In this document: positions 41,987-52,875 of the stretch, in pieces
Position numbering within the stretch: the stretch's first letter is position 1
Layout of the letters: each line of letters starts with the position of its first letter
Assembly: GCA_947631185.1 (NCBI GenBank)
Contig: CANRKJ010000006.1
Span: forward strand, 3,198-67,197
DNA from: an uncultured Clostridia bacterium
GTDB taxonomy: Bacteria; Bacillota; Clostridia; TANB77; CAG-508
Direction: 5' to 3'
DNA: 64,000 nucleotides
Made by a program: the position numbers and the translations under genes
Notes under the pieces: model-generated
Database searches by the model: none
The model's input: only the letters and a program-made list of their open reading frames with translations
What the model was told of the DNA's origin: nothing

Positions 41987-42238
41987 GCAAAAATTTTAAT
42001 GTTACAAAACAAAACTTTATATGATAAAATTCTTATATAAAATAATGTATATGTATTATGGAAAAATTAGATAAAAGATTAAAAAATTAAAGGGAAAATT
42101 ATATATCAAATAAAATTATAAAAAATTCATTATAATGAAGATATTATAAAGTTAAAAATCCATCTGACTAACTGTTGATTTTTTAACTAAATTGTAGTAT
42201 TATAAACGCAGTAAAAATATAAAGAAGGAGAAACAAAA

Positions 42239-43156
42239 ATGGGAGAAATATTAGTTTTTGGTCATAAAAATCCTGATACAGATTCAATTGTATCTAGTTT
42301 AGTTATGGCAAATCTTGAAAAAAAATTAGGAAGAAATGCGATTAGTTGTAGATTGGGAAGTATAAATAAAGAAACAGAATATGTTTTAAATTATGCTGGT
42401 GTAGAAGCTCCAAAATTAATTGAATCAGCAGAGGCAGGAACAGAAGTAATATTGGTAGATACAGCTAATAGAAAAGAAGTATTAGATAATATAGATGAAT
42501 TAAAAATAAGAAAAATAGTTGATCATCATCAAGTTGCTATAAATACAGGATATCCATTATATTATAGAGCAGAGCCTGTAGGATGTACAGAAACAATAAT
42601 GTATAAATTATATAAAGAAAATGGAGTAGAAATAGAAAAAACAATTGCTATTTTAATGTTATCAGCAATAATTTCAGATACTTTATTATTTAAATCACCT
42701 ACATGTACTCCAGAAGATGAAAAAACAGCTAGAGAATTAGCAAATATTGCAGGAATAAAAATAGAAGAATATGGTATGGAAATGTTAAAAGCTGGAACAG
42801 ATTTAAGTTCTTTTTCTATTGATGAAATTTTAAAATTAGATGCAAAAGAGATTAACTTAAAAGAAGTTAAATCAATAATAGCTCAAATAAATACTGCATC
42901 AATACCAGATGTAATGCAAAAGAAAAATGATTTAGAATCAGGAATGCAAAAAGTTATTGATGAAAAAGGATTAGATTTATTTGTATTTTTAATTACAGAC
43001 ATAATAAATAGTAACTCTCAGGTAATTGCTTTAGGAAAAAATGCTAATATAGTTGAGAAAGCATATGGCGTTAAATTAGTTGAAAATACAGCAATGTTAG
43101 AAGGTGTTGTTTCAAGAAAGAAACAAGTAGTTCCAATTTTAACAGAAAACGCATAA
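42239..43156 (+). CDS. ppaC: Mn-dependent inorganic pyrophosphatase
   Basis: GHKNPDTD, DHH, SDTLLFKSPT, SRKKQVVP. Confidence 0.95.
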   Translation: MGEILVFGHKNPDTDSIVSSLVMANLEKKLGRNAISCRLGSINKETEYVLNYAGVEAPKLIESAEAGTEVILVDTANRKEVLDNIDELKIRKIVDHHQVAINTGYPLYYRAEPVGCTETIMYKLYKENGVEIEKTIAILMLSAIISDTLLFKSPTCTPEDEKTARELANIAGIKIEEYGMEMLKAGTDLSSFSIDEILKLDAKEINLKEVKSIIAQINTASIPDVMQKKNDLESGMQKVIDEKGLDLFVFLITDIINSNSQVIALGKNANIVEKAYGVKLVENTAMLEGVVSRKKQVVPILTENA

Positions 43157-43570
43157 ATAAAATAGAAAATGTAAAATAATTGAAGTTATGTCATTCACTA
43201 ATATAGAATGATATAACTTTTTTATATAATAGGAAAGTAATCCTTTCCTATTATATAAAAGCGCTACGCGCAAAGATGCACAGAGATTTTCATAACTGAA
43301 AATCCCGCGCGACGAACAAATTCACGGAATGCCAAAGAGAAATATTAAAATATAGCTAATATTAAGGCTTTCCGATTTGTTATATACTAGGGAAATTTTC
43401 CAAACTTCCTAGTATATAAAGGATTCACCAAAATTTGCCCACAATCAACGGATGCAAATTTTGACATTTTAATATAAAAAAGTCCAATGTTGATATTTAA
43501 TTTATTTACTGAATAATATTTATGTGATATAATTGCTTTCACATATAAAAAATAATTTGGAGATGATTTT

Positions 43571-45277
43571 TTGGAAATTAAAAATTTTATAAAGCCTTTT
43601 TTTATAGTAATTTTTCTGGTGGCTATTATAATATTTGGAATTGTATTTTTTTATAATAGATATACTTTTGAAGATGAGAATAAACAGTATTCTATGAGAT
43701 ATTTTGTAGAATATGATTCAGATGGAAATGTTGGAGTCATTGATAGAGAAGGAAAAGAGATAGTACATAGTGTATATTTAGAAGTATTTATACCAAATCC
43801 AGAGAAGGATGTTTTTATTTGTAAAATAAATGATGATAGTTATGAAATAATTAATTCTAAAGGTGAGAAACTTTTTGAAGAGTATAGTAATGTAAATGTT
43901 TTAAAAACATCTGATGGTGAATTTAGTTTTGAAAAAGAAGTTTTATTATATGAAGAAAATGGAAAATATGGTCTTATTAATTTAGATGGAGATATTATAG
44001 CAAAAGCAGAATATGATAAAATTGAAAGTTTAAATGGAAAACCTGGAAAACTTTTAGTTCAAGAAGATAATTTATATGGGGTTATAGATAGCAATGGAAA
44101 GTTAGTTATTCCTGTTAATTATTATAGTATTGAAGGTGATAATTATTGTACTGAACAAGATGGATATACTCTAACAGGTTATATATTAGGTAAGAAAACT
44201 GATGATGGAATTATGTATGGATATATAAGTTCTAAAGGAAAAGTTATTTTGAAAGCTGAATATGAATCTATTGCTAGAATTCCTAATTATAATGATAAAG
44301 AAAATATATATTTAATACAGATGAAAAATGGAAAGAAAGGTGTATATAAAAACAAGAAAAAAATAATAGAAAATTTATATCAAAAAATAAATTATTCACC
44401 TACAGCTGATATTATAGCTGCTGAGACTACAAAAAGTAGTGTTTTTTATAATTTAGATGGAAAGCAAATTTTACCAAAAAAATATCAAGAATATTCTATA
44501 GTTGGAAAATATATTTCAGTATTAGAAGATGATAGCAAGAAATTATATGATAATAATGGAAATTTTATTATAAATAGTCAATATAAAAATATTGAAGCTA
44601 CATCAAATCCTAATTATTTTATTACAGTAGATGAAAATAATCATTATAGTATAATGAATAAAAGTACTGAAATAAAAGATAATTACATAAATTTAAAATA
44701 TGCATATGGAGATTATTTTATTTTTACAACAGAAGAAAATAAAGTAGGGGTTTTAAATGTGTGGTCTGGTATAGTTGTGAATCCAGAATATGATAGTATT
44801 TTAAAAATTTATAATATAAATGCATTAGAAGCCAAAAAAGGTAATGAAACCACCATCTTTTCAAGTGATATGAAGAAAATATCCACAGTAAGTGATGCAA
44901 TTGTGGAAAACATAAAAGAAAAATATGCTGTTATATATTCAGATGAAGCAAAGTTATATATAGACGAAAATGGAAACGAAATTTCTAATACGAAAATATT
45001 TGATAATACTTTATACTCAATACAAAAAGATGGAAAATGGGGATTTCAAGATAAAAATGGAAATATAAAAGTTGATTGTATATATGATATGGTGACAGAA
45101 ATAAATGAATATGGTTTTGCTGGAATAAAAAAGGATGGAAAATGGGGAGTTATTGATAAAGAAGGAAATGTTATATTAGAGCCTAATTTTGAAATTGATA
45201 CATATTATTTTCCAAGTTTTATTGGAAAAACTTATATTGAAATAACAGACACGATTCATTGTATAAAATTAAATTAA
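43571..45277 (+). CDS. Membrane-anchored WG-repeat protein
   Basis: N-terminal TM helix; repeated GKYGLI/GKWGVID units. Confidence 0.85.
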   Translation: MEIKNFIKPFFIVIFLVAIIIFGIVFFYNRYTFEDENKQYSMRYFVEYDSDGNVGVIDREGKEIVHSVYLEVFIPNPEKDVFICKINDDSYEIINSKGEKLFEEYSNVNVLKTSDGEFSFEKEVLLYEENGKYGLINLDGDIIAKAEYDKIESLNGKPGKLLVQEDNLYGVIDSNGKLVIPVNYYSIEGDNYCTEQDGYTLTGYILGKKTDDGIMYGYISSKGKVILKAEYESIARIPNYNDKENIYLIQMKNGKKGVYKNKKKIIENLYQKINYSPTADIIAAETTKSSVFYNLDGKQILPKKYQEYSIVGKYISVLEDDSKKLYDNNGNFIINSQYKNIEATSNPNYFITVDENNHYSIMNKSTEIKDNYINLKYAYGDYFIFTTEENKVGVLNVWSGIVVNPEYDSILKIYNINALEAKKGNETTIFSSDMKKISTVSDAIVENIKEKYAVIYSDEAKLYIDENGNEISNTKIFDNTLYSIQKDGKWGFQDKNGNIKVDCIYDMVTEINEYGFAGIKKDGKWGVIDKEGNVILEPNFEIDTYYFPSFIGKTYIEITDTIHCIKLN

Positions 45278-45513
45278 AATTGATACTTCAAAATGTTGAA
45301 GATAATCTTAGCATTTTGGAGTATTTATTATATATAAAATCTCTAAAGATGGACACAGACTTTATTATAATGTGGTAGATAAAAATCTGCTATTGTTTAG
45401 TTACATTATACACAAAGCAATTTTGCAAACAAAACAATACTATTGCTATTTAGTACAAAAAATGATATTATTTTAAATATTATTAAAAAAATATATAGTA
45501 GAGGAATTTAAAT

Positions 45514-46773
45514 ATGTATGATAATTTTGGAATTTCAAAAGATATAGAAAAATTAGCTATAGAAACTGAAGAAGAAATAAAGGAAATGTTAAAAATAATT
45601 GAAAATAGATGCACAGTAAATTCTTTGAAAGTTTTATGTGCTTTTCAAAATAATAATATATCAGATATGCATTTTGGAAGTACAACAGGGTACGGATATA
45701 ATGATATTGGTAGAGATACCATAGAAAAAGTATTTGCAGAAGTATTAAAAGCAGAAGATAGTTTGGTTAGAACTCAATTTATTTCAGGAACACATGCTAT
45801 AACTGTGTGTTTGTTTGCATGTTTAAGACCAGGTGATACAATGCTTAGTATTTGTGGAAAACCTTATGACACTTTAGATTCAGTTATAGGAATAGATGAA
45901 AATCCTAGTTCATTAAAATCATATAATATTAAATATGAGCAAATTGATTTGGTAAATAATGATTTTGATATACCTAAAATAGTGGACAGAGTAAAAAAGG
46001 GGAATATAAAACTGATAGAAATTCAAAGGTCAAGAGGCTATGCTTTAAGGGAAAGCTTAACAATAGACAAAATAGAAAAAGTAATAAAAACAATAAAAGA
46101 AGTAAATAAAGAAGTAATAATTATGGTAGATAATTGTTATGGAGAATTTGTTGATGAAAAAGAACCAATAGAACTTGGAGCTGATATAATGGTGGGTTCT
46201 TTAATAAAAAATCTTGGTGGAGGACTGGCACCAAATGGAGCTTATATTGCAGGTAGAGCTGATTTAGTTAATTTAGCTTCTGAAAGGTTAACATCTCCAG
46301 GTCAAGGAAAAGAAGTAGGACCTACACTTGGAATAAACAAAAACATTTTACAAGGTTTATATTTTGCACCATCTGTAGTAGCAAGTAGTTTAAAAACAGC
46401 TATATTTACTAGTAAAATTCTTGAAAAATTAGGATACAAAGTTCAACCAAAGTGGGATGAAAGAAGAGCCGATATTGTTCAAACTATTGAATTTGGAAAC
46501 GAAGATGATTTGATAAAATATTGTCAGGGAATACAAGCTGGATCTGCTATAGATTCAAATTCGGTTCCAATGCCATGGGATATGCCAGGATATAATGATA
46601 AGGTAATAATGGCAGCTGGTGCTTTTACAATGGGTTCATCAATAGAACTTTCATGTGATGCTCCAATTAGACCACCATATATCGCTTTTCAACAAGGAGC
46701 TTTAACTTATGAATACGGAAAATTAGGTGTATTAAGAGCAATACAAAATATGTTATATAAGGGGAAAAAATAA
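45514..46773 (+). CDS. Methionine gamma-lyase/aluminium resistance family (YnbB-like) PLP protein
   Basis: SGTHA, VDNCYGEF, GSLIKNLGGG. Confidence 0.9.
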   Translation: MYDNFGISKDIEKLAIETEEEIKEMLKIIENRCTVNSLKVLCAFQNNNISDMHFGSTTGYGYNDIGRDTIEKVFAEVLKAEDSLVRTQFISGTHAITVCLFACLRPGDTMLSICGKPYDTLDSVIGIDENPSSLKSYNIKYEQIDLVNNDFDIPKIVDRVKKGNIKLIEIQRSRGYALRESLTIDKIEKVIKTIKEVNKEVIIMVDNCYGEFVDEKEPIELGADIMVGSLIKNLGGGLAPNGAYIAGRADLVNLASERLTSPGQGKEVGPTLGINKNILQGLYFAPSVVASSLKTAIFTSKILEKLGYKVQPKWDERRADIVQTIEFGNEDDLIKYCQGIQAGSAIDSNSVPMPWDMPGYNDKVIMAAGAFTMGSSIELSCDAPIRPPYIAFQQGALTYEYGKLGVLRAIQNMLYKGKK

Positions 46774-47366
46774 TGGAAAAGGAAATTGTACTTGCAAGTA
46801 ATAATATAAAAAAATTAGAAGAAATATCTAAAAAACTTAGTGAATTTGGAATAAAAGTTATTCCTCAAAATGATGCAGTAGGAGATATAGAGGTAGAGGA
46901 AACAGGAACTACTTTTAAAGAAAACGCAATACTAAAGGCAGAAGCTATATATAAAATAGTAAAAAAGCCTGTATTAGCTGATGATAGTGGCTTAGAAGTT
47001 GATTATTTGAATGGAAAACCTGGAGTTTATTCAAATAGGTTTGCTGGACCAACTGCAACAGATGATGATAGAATAAATCTTATAATAAATTCTTTAAAAA
47101 ATGCTAAAGATGATGAAAGAACAGCAAGATTTGTTTGTTCTATTTGTTATATAGATAAAAAAGGTGAAAAACATATTTTTGAGAATTATTGTGAAGGAAT
47201 TATAGCAAAAGAAAAACATGGAGATAATGGATTTGGATATGATCCTATTTTTATGGTAGGAGATATTAGTTTTGCAGAAATGGCTAAAGAAACTAAAAAT
47301 AAAATAAGTCATAGAGGTAAGGCTATTGATGATTTTGTTTCATATATTAGAAATCAAAACATATAA
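46773..47366 (+). CDS. rdgB: Non-canonical purine NTP pyrophosphatase
   Basis: ADDSGL, GFGYDPIF, SHRG. Confidence 0.92.
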   Translation: MEKEIVLASNNIKKLEEISKKLSEFGIKVIPQNDAVGDIEVEETGTTFKENAILKAEAIYKIVKKPVLADDSGLEVDYLNGKPGVYSNRFAGPTATDDDRINLIINSLKNAKDDERTARFVCSICYIDKKGEKHIFENYCEGIIAKEKHGDNGFGYDPIFMVGDISFAEMAKETKNKISHRGKAIDDFVSYIRNQNI

Positions 47367-47452
47367 AAAAACCCTGAATTTATAATTCAGGATTTTTTAT
47401 ATAATAGGAAATTCGAAGAATTTAAAGCATTTGCTGTTTTGCTTAAATTAGA

Positions 47453-48211
47453 TTAAACACAAGTATATCCACCATCAATAGGTAGAACAATACCAGTTAC
47501 ATAGCTTGATTCATCACTAGCAAGGTAAATGGCTCCTGCATTTAATTCTCCTTCTCTTCCATATCTTTGCATAGGAACAGTTTGACTCATATAAGATGTA
47601 AATTCTGGAGTATTTAATACTGCAGTAGTTAGTTCTGTTTCAAAATATCCAGGGCAAATTGCATTACATGTTATATTATATTTTGCAAGTTCTGCAGCAA
47701 CTGCTCTTGTAAAATTAACCACTCCACCTTTAGATGAATGGTAAGCCACAGTTCCCATAGCAGTATTTCCAACTAATCCATACATTGAAGAAATATTTAT
47801 TATTCTTCCATAATTATTTTTTTTCATTATGTTACCATAAGCTCTTGTCATTTTAAATACAGAAGTTAAATCAGTAGCAATAGTAAAATCCCATTGTTCA
47901 TCTGTCATTTCCAAAACACCTGCATCTTTACTAGAACCAGCACAATTTACTAAAATATCTACTTTACCAAATTCTTTTTCAACTAAAATGGCTGAATTAT
48001 TTATATCTTCAGTTAAAGTAACATCACATTTTATAGGAAGTATTTTTACATCAGTGTCTTTTAGTTCTTCTTTTAATTCTTCTAATTTTTCAATTCTTCT
48101 AGCAAGAATAGCAAGATCAGCTCCTTGCTCAGCAAAAGCTTTTGCCATTTGTCTTCCAAGTCCAGAACTAGCACCTGATATAACAGCCACTCTACCTTTT
48201 AAATTAAACAT
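47453..48211 (-). CDS. SDR family oxidoreductase
   Basis: GASSGLG, YHSSK; start MFNLKG after GAGGAGG. Confidence 0.9.
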   Translation of the reverse strand: MFNLKGRVAVISGASSGLGRQMAKAFAEQGADLAILARRIEKLEELKEELKDTDVKILPIKCDVTLTEDINNSAILVEKEFGKVDILVNCAGSSKDAGVLEMTDEQWDFTIATDLTSVFKMTRAYGNIMKKNNYGRIINISSMYGLVGNTAMGTVAYHSSKGGVVNFTRAVAAELAKYNITCNAICPGYFETELTTAVLNTPEFTSYMSQTVPMQRYGREGELNAGAIYLASDESSYVTGIVLPIDGGYTCV

Positions 48212-48527
48212 ATTCAAATCCTCCTCAATTTTTATAATATAGGGAAAGTCCTTCAAACTTTCTAGTATATAAAAGTTTTGCAAACACATGCTAATAATAA
48301 TTTTTTCTCATAGTAATATACCCAAATTTATGGAAATTCATACTATTATAAAAATAGAATTTAAATATGAATTTAATTTGAAAAGTAAGGTTGAATATAA
48401 CAAAGATATCTAATCTTGAAAAATTGAATCTAAAGATAATTAGTTAAATCGTAAAAATTCACCTTGTATTTTTATTATACGTATGATAAATTATAATATG
48501 CTAAGAAAAAAGGAGGATGGAACTAGT

Positions 48528-50270
48528 ATGATAAAAAAACTTATTAAGTCAGTTAGGGAATATAAGCTAGCTACTATTTTAACACCTATTTTTGTTGGTG
48601 GCGAAGTAGTTCTTGAGGTTGCAGTCCCATATTATATGGCAAAGCTTATTGATGACGGAATTTATAAAGGCTCAATGAGTGATATTGTTAGAATTGGAAT
48701 TACACTTATTATTTTTACTATTATATCATTAATTTTTGGTGCACTTGCAGGTCTTAGTGCAGCAAAAGCTGGAAGTGGATTTGCTAAGAATCTTAGAAAG
48801 GATTTATATTATAAAGTTCAAAATTTTTCTTTTTCAAATATAGATAAATTTAGTACATCCAGTATAATTACTAGAATAACTACTGATGTTACTAATGTAC
48901 AGAATGCATATCAAATGATAATAAGGGGAGCAGTTAGATCTCCATTTATACTTATATTTTCATTATTGATGGCTATAAAGATAAATAGAAAAATTTCGTT
49001 AATATTCTTTATTTTAATTCCAGTTGTTGGAATTATATTATTTGTTATATCTAGAATTGCTATGCCTATATTTAATGAAGTTTTTAATAATTATGATGAT
49101 TTAAACAATATTGTAGAAGAAAATACTTTAGGAATGAGAGTAGTAAAATCTTTTTGCTTAGAAGATGAAGAAGAAGATAAATTTAAGAAAAAATCTAATG
49201 ATATTTTTAGATTATTTTCCAAAGCAGAAAAAATCCTAGCATTTAATGCACCTACAATGCAACTGGCAATGTATACATCTATGATTTTAATTTCATGGAT
49301 TGGTGCAAGAATAATAGTATTATCTAATATGACAGAACTTACCACTGGTGAACTTTCAAGTTTAATTACATATTCTATTCAAATATTATTCTCAATAATG
49401 ATGCTTACAATGATTTCTGTAACTGTTACAATTTCTATTGCATCAGGTAGAAGAATATGTGAAATTTTGGAGGAAGAACCTTCAATTAAAAATAAAGAAA
49501 ATCCAATATATGATGTAAAAAGCGGAGATATAGAATTTAAAAATGTTGCATTTAGTTATGTTGGAAGAAAAGATAAAGAAGTATTAAAAAAAATAAATAT
49601 AAAAATAAGTTCAGGAGAAACTGTTGGAATAATAGGAGGGACAGGTGTTGGAAAATCTTCACTTGTAAATTTAATTCCAAGATTATATGATGTTACAGAA
49701 GGTGAACTTTTAGTGGGAGGTAATAATGTTAAAGATTATGATATAAAATCTTTAAGAGATGCAGTTTCATGTGTTTTACAGAAAAATGTTTTGTTTTCAG
49801 GAACAATAAAACAAAATCTTCGTTGGGGTAATGAGAATGCTACAGATGAAGAATTAATTGAAGCCTGTAAATTAGCACAGGCTGATAGCTTTATAAATGA
49901 ATTTCCTGAAAAATATGATACATATATAGAACAAGGTGGAACTAATGTATCAGGTGGTCAAAAGCAAAGATTATGTATAGCAAGAGCATTAGTTAAGAAA
50001 CCAAAAATTCTTATTTTAGATGATTCAACATCTGCAGTTGATACAAAAACAGATAAAAAAATTAGAGAAGCTTTTTCATATAAAATTCCTGATACCACTA
50101 AAATAATTATTGCTCAAAGAATATCATCAGTTGAAGATTGCGATAAAATAATTGTAATGAATCAAGGTGGGATAGATTCTATTGGAACACATGAAGAATT
50201 AATAAAAAATAATAAAATATACAAAGAAGTATATGAATCACAGACAAAAGGAGGTAATAGCGATGAATAA
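48528..50270 (+). CDS. ABC exporter subunit (TMD plus NBD)
   Basis: GGTGVGKS, VSGGQKQR, degenerate LDDS. Confidence 0.92.
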   Translation: MIKKLIKSVREYKLATILTPIFVGGEVVLEVAVPYYMAKLIDDGIYKGSMSDIVRIGITLIIFTIISLIFGALAGLSAAKAGSGFAKNLRKDLYYKVQNFSFSNIDKFSTSSIITRITTDVTNVQNAYQMIIRGAVRSPFILIFSLLMAIKINRKISLIFFILIPVVGIILFVISRIAMPIFNEVFNNYDDLNNIVEENTLGMRVVKSFCLEDEEEDKFKKKSNDIFRLFSKAEKILAFNAPTMQLAMYTSMILISWIGARIIVLSNMTELTTGELSSLITYSIQILFSIMMLTMISVTVTISIASGRRICEILEEEPSIKNKENPIYDVKSGDIEFKNVAFSYVGRKDKEVLKKINIKISSGETVGIIGGTGVGKSSLVNLIPRLYDVTEGELLVGGNNVKDYDIKSLRDAVSCVLQKNVLFSGTIKQNLRWGNENATDEELIEACKLAQADSFINEFPEKYDTYIEQGGTNVSGGQKQRLCIARALVKKPKILILDDSTSAVDTKTDKKIREAFSYKIPDTTKIIIAQRISSVEDCDKIIVMNQGGIDSIGTHEELIKNNKIYKEVYESQTKGGNSDE

Positions 50271-52152
50271 TAAAATACAAGATAAAAGACCTCAAATAAA
50301 CATGAAATCAGTTAAAAGATTATTAAAAATTATAACATCTACATACAAAAAAAGATTAATTTTAGTTTTTATTTGTTTACTTATTAGTTCTGTGGTTTCT
50401 GTTTGTGCTCCTTTATTTACGCAGAGACTAATAGATGATTATATAATGCCACTTCTTACTGTAGAAAATCCAAAATTTGATGGACTTAGAAATTTAATAT
50501 TTTTAATGGTAGCAATTTTTATGACAGGAGTAATTACAACATTTATTTATAATCGTTTGATGGTTGTAATAGCACAAGGAACTCTAAAAAAGATTAGAGA
50601 CACGATGTTCACTAAAATGCAAAAGTTGCCTATAAAATATTTTGATACTCATTCACATGGAGATGTGATGAGTCACTATACAAATGATACAGATACATTA
50701 GAGCAAATGATTTCACAACATATGCCTCAACTTGTATCATCAATATTATCATTAATTTCTGTTGTAATATCAATGTTTATACTAAATATTCCACTTACAA
50801 TATTTATTTTATTATTTGTTTTAGTTATGATAAAAACCACAAAGTCAATCACTAAAAGAAGTGGTAGTTATTTTATAGGTCAACAAAATACTTTGGGAAA
50901 AGTAAATGGTTACATTGAAGAAATGATAAATGGACAAAAAGTTGTCAAAGTATTTAACTATGAAGAAAGAGCCAAAAAAGAGTTTGATAAATTAAATGAA
51001 GATTTATATAATAATATGTATAAAGCGAATAAATTTTCAAATATTTTAATGCCAATACTTAATAATTTGGGAAATTTAGAATATGTATTAGTTGCAATAT
51101 TAGGTGCATATCTAGCAATATCAGGAAGAGTACCAGGACTAACAATAGGAGTTATAGCGTCATTTTTAGCTTTAACTAGAAGCTTTAATCAACCAATAAA
51201 AAACGTTTCAAGTCAAGTTAATATGGTAGTAATGGCAATAGCTGGTGCAACAAGAATTTTTGCATTAATAGATGAAGAGCCAGAAGTAGATGAAGGTTAT
51301 GTAACTTTAGTAAATGCTAAGATTGATAATGAAGGTAAAATAGTAGAAACAAAAGAGAGAACTGGACATTGGGCATGGAAACATCAACACCATGATGGAA
51401 GGCTAGAATATGTTGAATTAAAAGGTTATATAGAGCTAGAAAATGTGGATTTTGGATATGAGGAAGACAAATTGGTTTTGCATGATATTTCATTATATGC
51501 AAAACCAGGTCAAAAAATAGCATTTGTTGGTGCAACTGGTGCAGGAAAGACTACAATAACAAATTTAATAAATAGATTTTATGACGTAGAAGATGGAAAA
51601 ATTAGATATGATGGAATAAATATAAATAAAATAAAAAAAGAAGATTTAAGAAAATCATTAGGCTTAGTTTTGCAAGAGACTAATTTATTTACAGGAACAA
51701 TAAAAGAAAATATAAAGTATGGAAATGAATATGCTACAGATGAGGATGTTATAAATGCTGCTAAAATAGCTAATGCACATGAATTTATTTCTATGTTGCC
51801 TGATGGATATGATACTATGTTAACTAACAATGGAAGTCAATTATCACAAGGACAACGTCAACTATTAGCTATTGCTAGATGTGCTATAAATAATCCACCA
51901 GTAATGATATTAGATGAAGCTACTTCAAGTATAGATACAAGAACAGAAAAACTAGTTCAAGAAGGTATGGATAAGTTAATGGAGGGAAGAACTGTATTTG
52001 TTATTGCTCATAGGCTTTCAACTGTTAGAAATTCAAAAGCAATTATGGTTCTAGAACATGGAAAAATAATTGAAAGAGGAACACATGAACAACTTATTGA
52101 ACAAAAAGGTGAGTATTATCAATTATATACTGGTGCATTTGAACTAGAATAA
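50263..52152 (+). CDS. ABC exporter subunit (heterodimer partner)
   Basis: GATGAGKT, LSQGQRQ, LDEAT, AHRL. Confidence 0.92.
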   Translation: MNNKIQDKRPQINMKSVKRLLKIITSTYKKRLILVFICLLISSVVSVCAPLFTQRLIDDYIMPLLTVENPKFDGLRNLIFLMVAIFMTGVITTFIYNRLMVVIAQGTLKKIRDTMFTKMQKLPIKYFDTHSHGDVMSHYTNDTDTLEQMISQHMPQLVSSILSLISVVISMFILNIPLTIFILLFVLVMIKTTKSITKRSGSYFIGQQNTLGKVNGYIEEMINGQKVVKVFNYEERAKKEFDKLNEDLYNNMYKANKFSNILMPILNNLGNLEYVLVAILGAYLAISGRVPGLTIGVIASFLALTRSFNQPIKNVSSQVNMVVMAIAGATRIFALIDEEPEVDEGYVTLVNAKIDNEGKIVETKERTGHWAWKHQHHDGRLEYVELKGYIELENVDFGYEEDKLVLHDISLYAKPGQKIAFVGATGAGKTTITNLINRFYDVEDGKIRYDGININKIKKEDLRKSLGLVLQETNLFTGTIKENIKYGNEYATDEDVINAAKIANAHEFISMLPDGYDTMLTNNGSQLSQGQRQLLAIARCAINNPPVMILDEATSSIDTRTEKLVQEGMDKLMEGRTVFVIAHRLSTVRNSKAIMVLEHGKIIERGTHEQLIEQKGEYYQLYTGAFELE

Positions 52153-52270
52153 TATTTGTTATATAACTTGATAAAAATTCCATTATATGGTATAATTAAA
52201 TTCATGAGTGGTTTAATACAGTAAGACCAATTTACTGTGTATATATAATATAATGAAGGAGGAATTTCGA

Positions 52271-52699
52271 ATGAAGTTCTCTAGTAAGAAAAAAGCAAAG
52301 ATGCGGAAATACCGCAACAAGCGTAAAAAGCGCTCGTACAACCAGGTAATACGTTCCATTGAATTTTGCAGTTGGGAGTGGCAAGATGAAAAAGGTAAAA
52401 GATGGCTAGCTCTTGATGGAGCTACATTTCGTCACGCTTATTACCTTTTGGCAAAATGCACCACTTCGAATGAGGTGGCAATTTTCAAAATGGTAAACGA
52501 ATATATTTTTGACAATGTAAGGCTTTCACCTAAGAAGGTCCTGAAAAACAGAAGAACATTTTCCAGCCCTTCGGTTTGGAAACTGAAGTCTGATGTTAAG
52601 ATATCCGATGAAGGAATTGTCGAGAACGTCGATATTGGTGCACACATAAAACTTAAAGATTATGTCCCGTGCATTATCGGTGTAATAGACCTTTACTGA
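52271..52699 (+). CDS. Hypothetical protein with basic N-terminus, more GC-rich than its neighbours
   Basis: AGGAGG RBS, promoter TTGATA-17-TATAAT, hairpin 52706-52738. Confidence 0.7.
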   Translation: MKFSSKKKAKMRKYRNKRKKRSYNQVIRSIEFCSWEWQDEKGKRWLALDGATFRHAYYLLAKCTTSNEVAIFKMVNEYIFDNVRLSPKKVLKNRRTFSSPSVWKLKSDVKISDEGIVENVDIGAHIKLKDYVPCIIGVIDLY

Positions 52700-52875
52700 A
52701 TTATTCCTCTGTTATCATATTGGTCATGATAGCAGAGGTTTTATTATATACTAGGAAAGTTAGAATAAAAAAGCTTTACTAATATTGGTGTTAATCTAAT
52801 TATTAGATGAGAAAGTAAATTTAACGTACAATATAAAAAGTAATATAAAATTTATAAAAGGATAGAGAAAATATA

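Noticed and set aside
33729-43156. Pyrophosphatases on both sides of the cas genes as a functional theme
   Set aside because: ppaC is a housekeeping gene with its own promoter, outside the duplication
48483-50270. Degenerate Walker B (LDDS) as a sign of inactivation
   Set aside because: Normal for the degenerate site of heterodimeric ABC exporters
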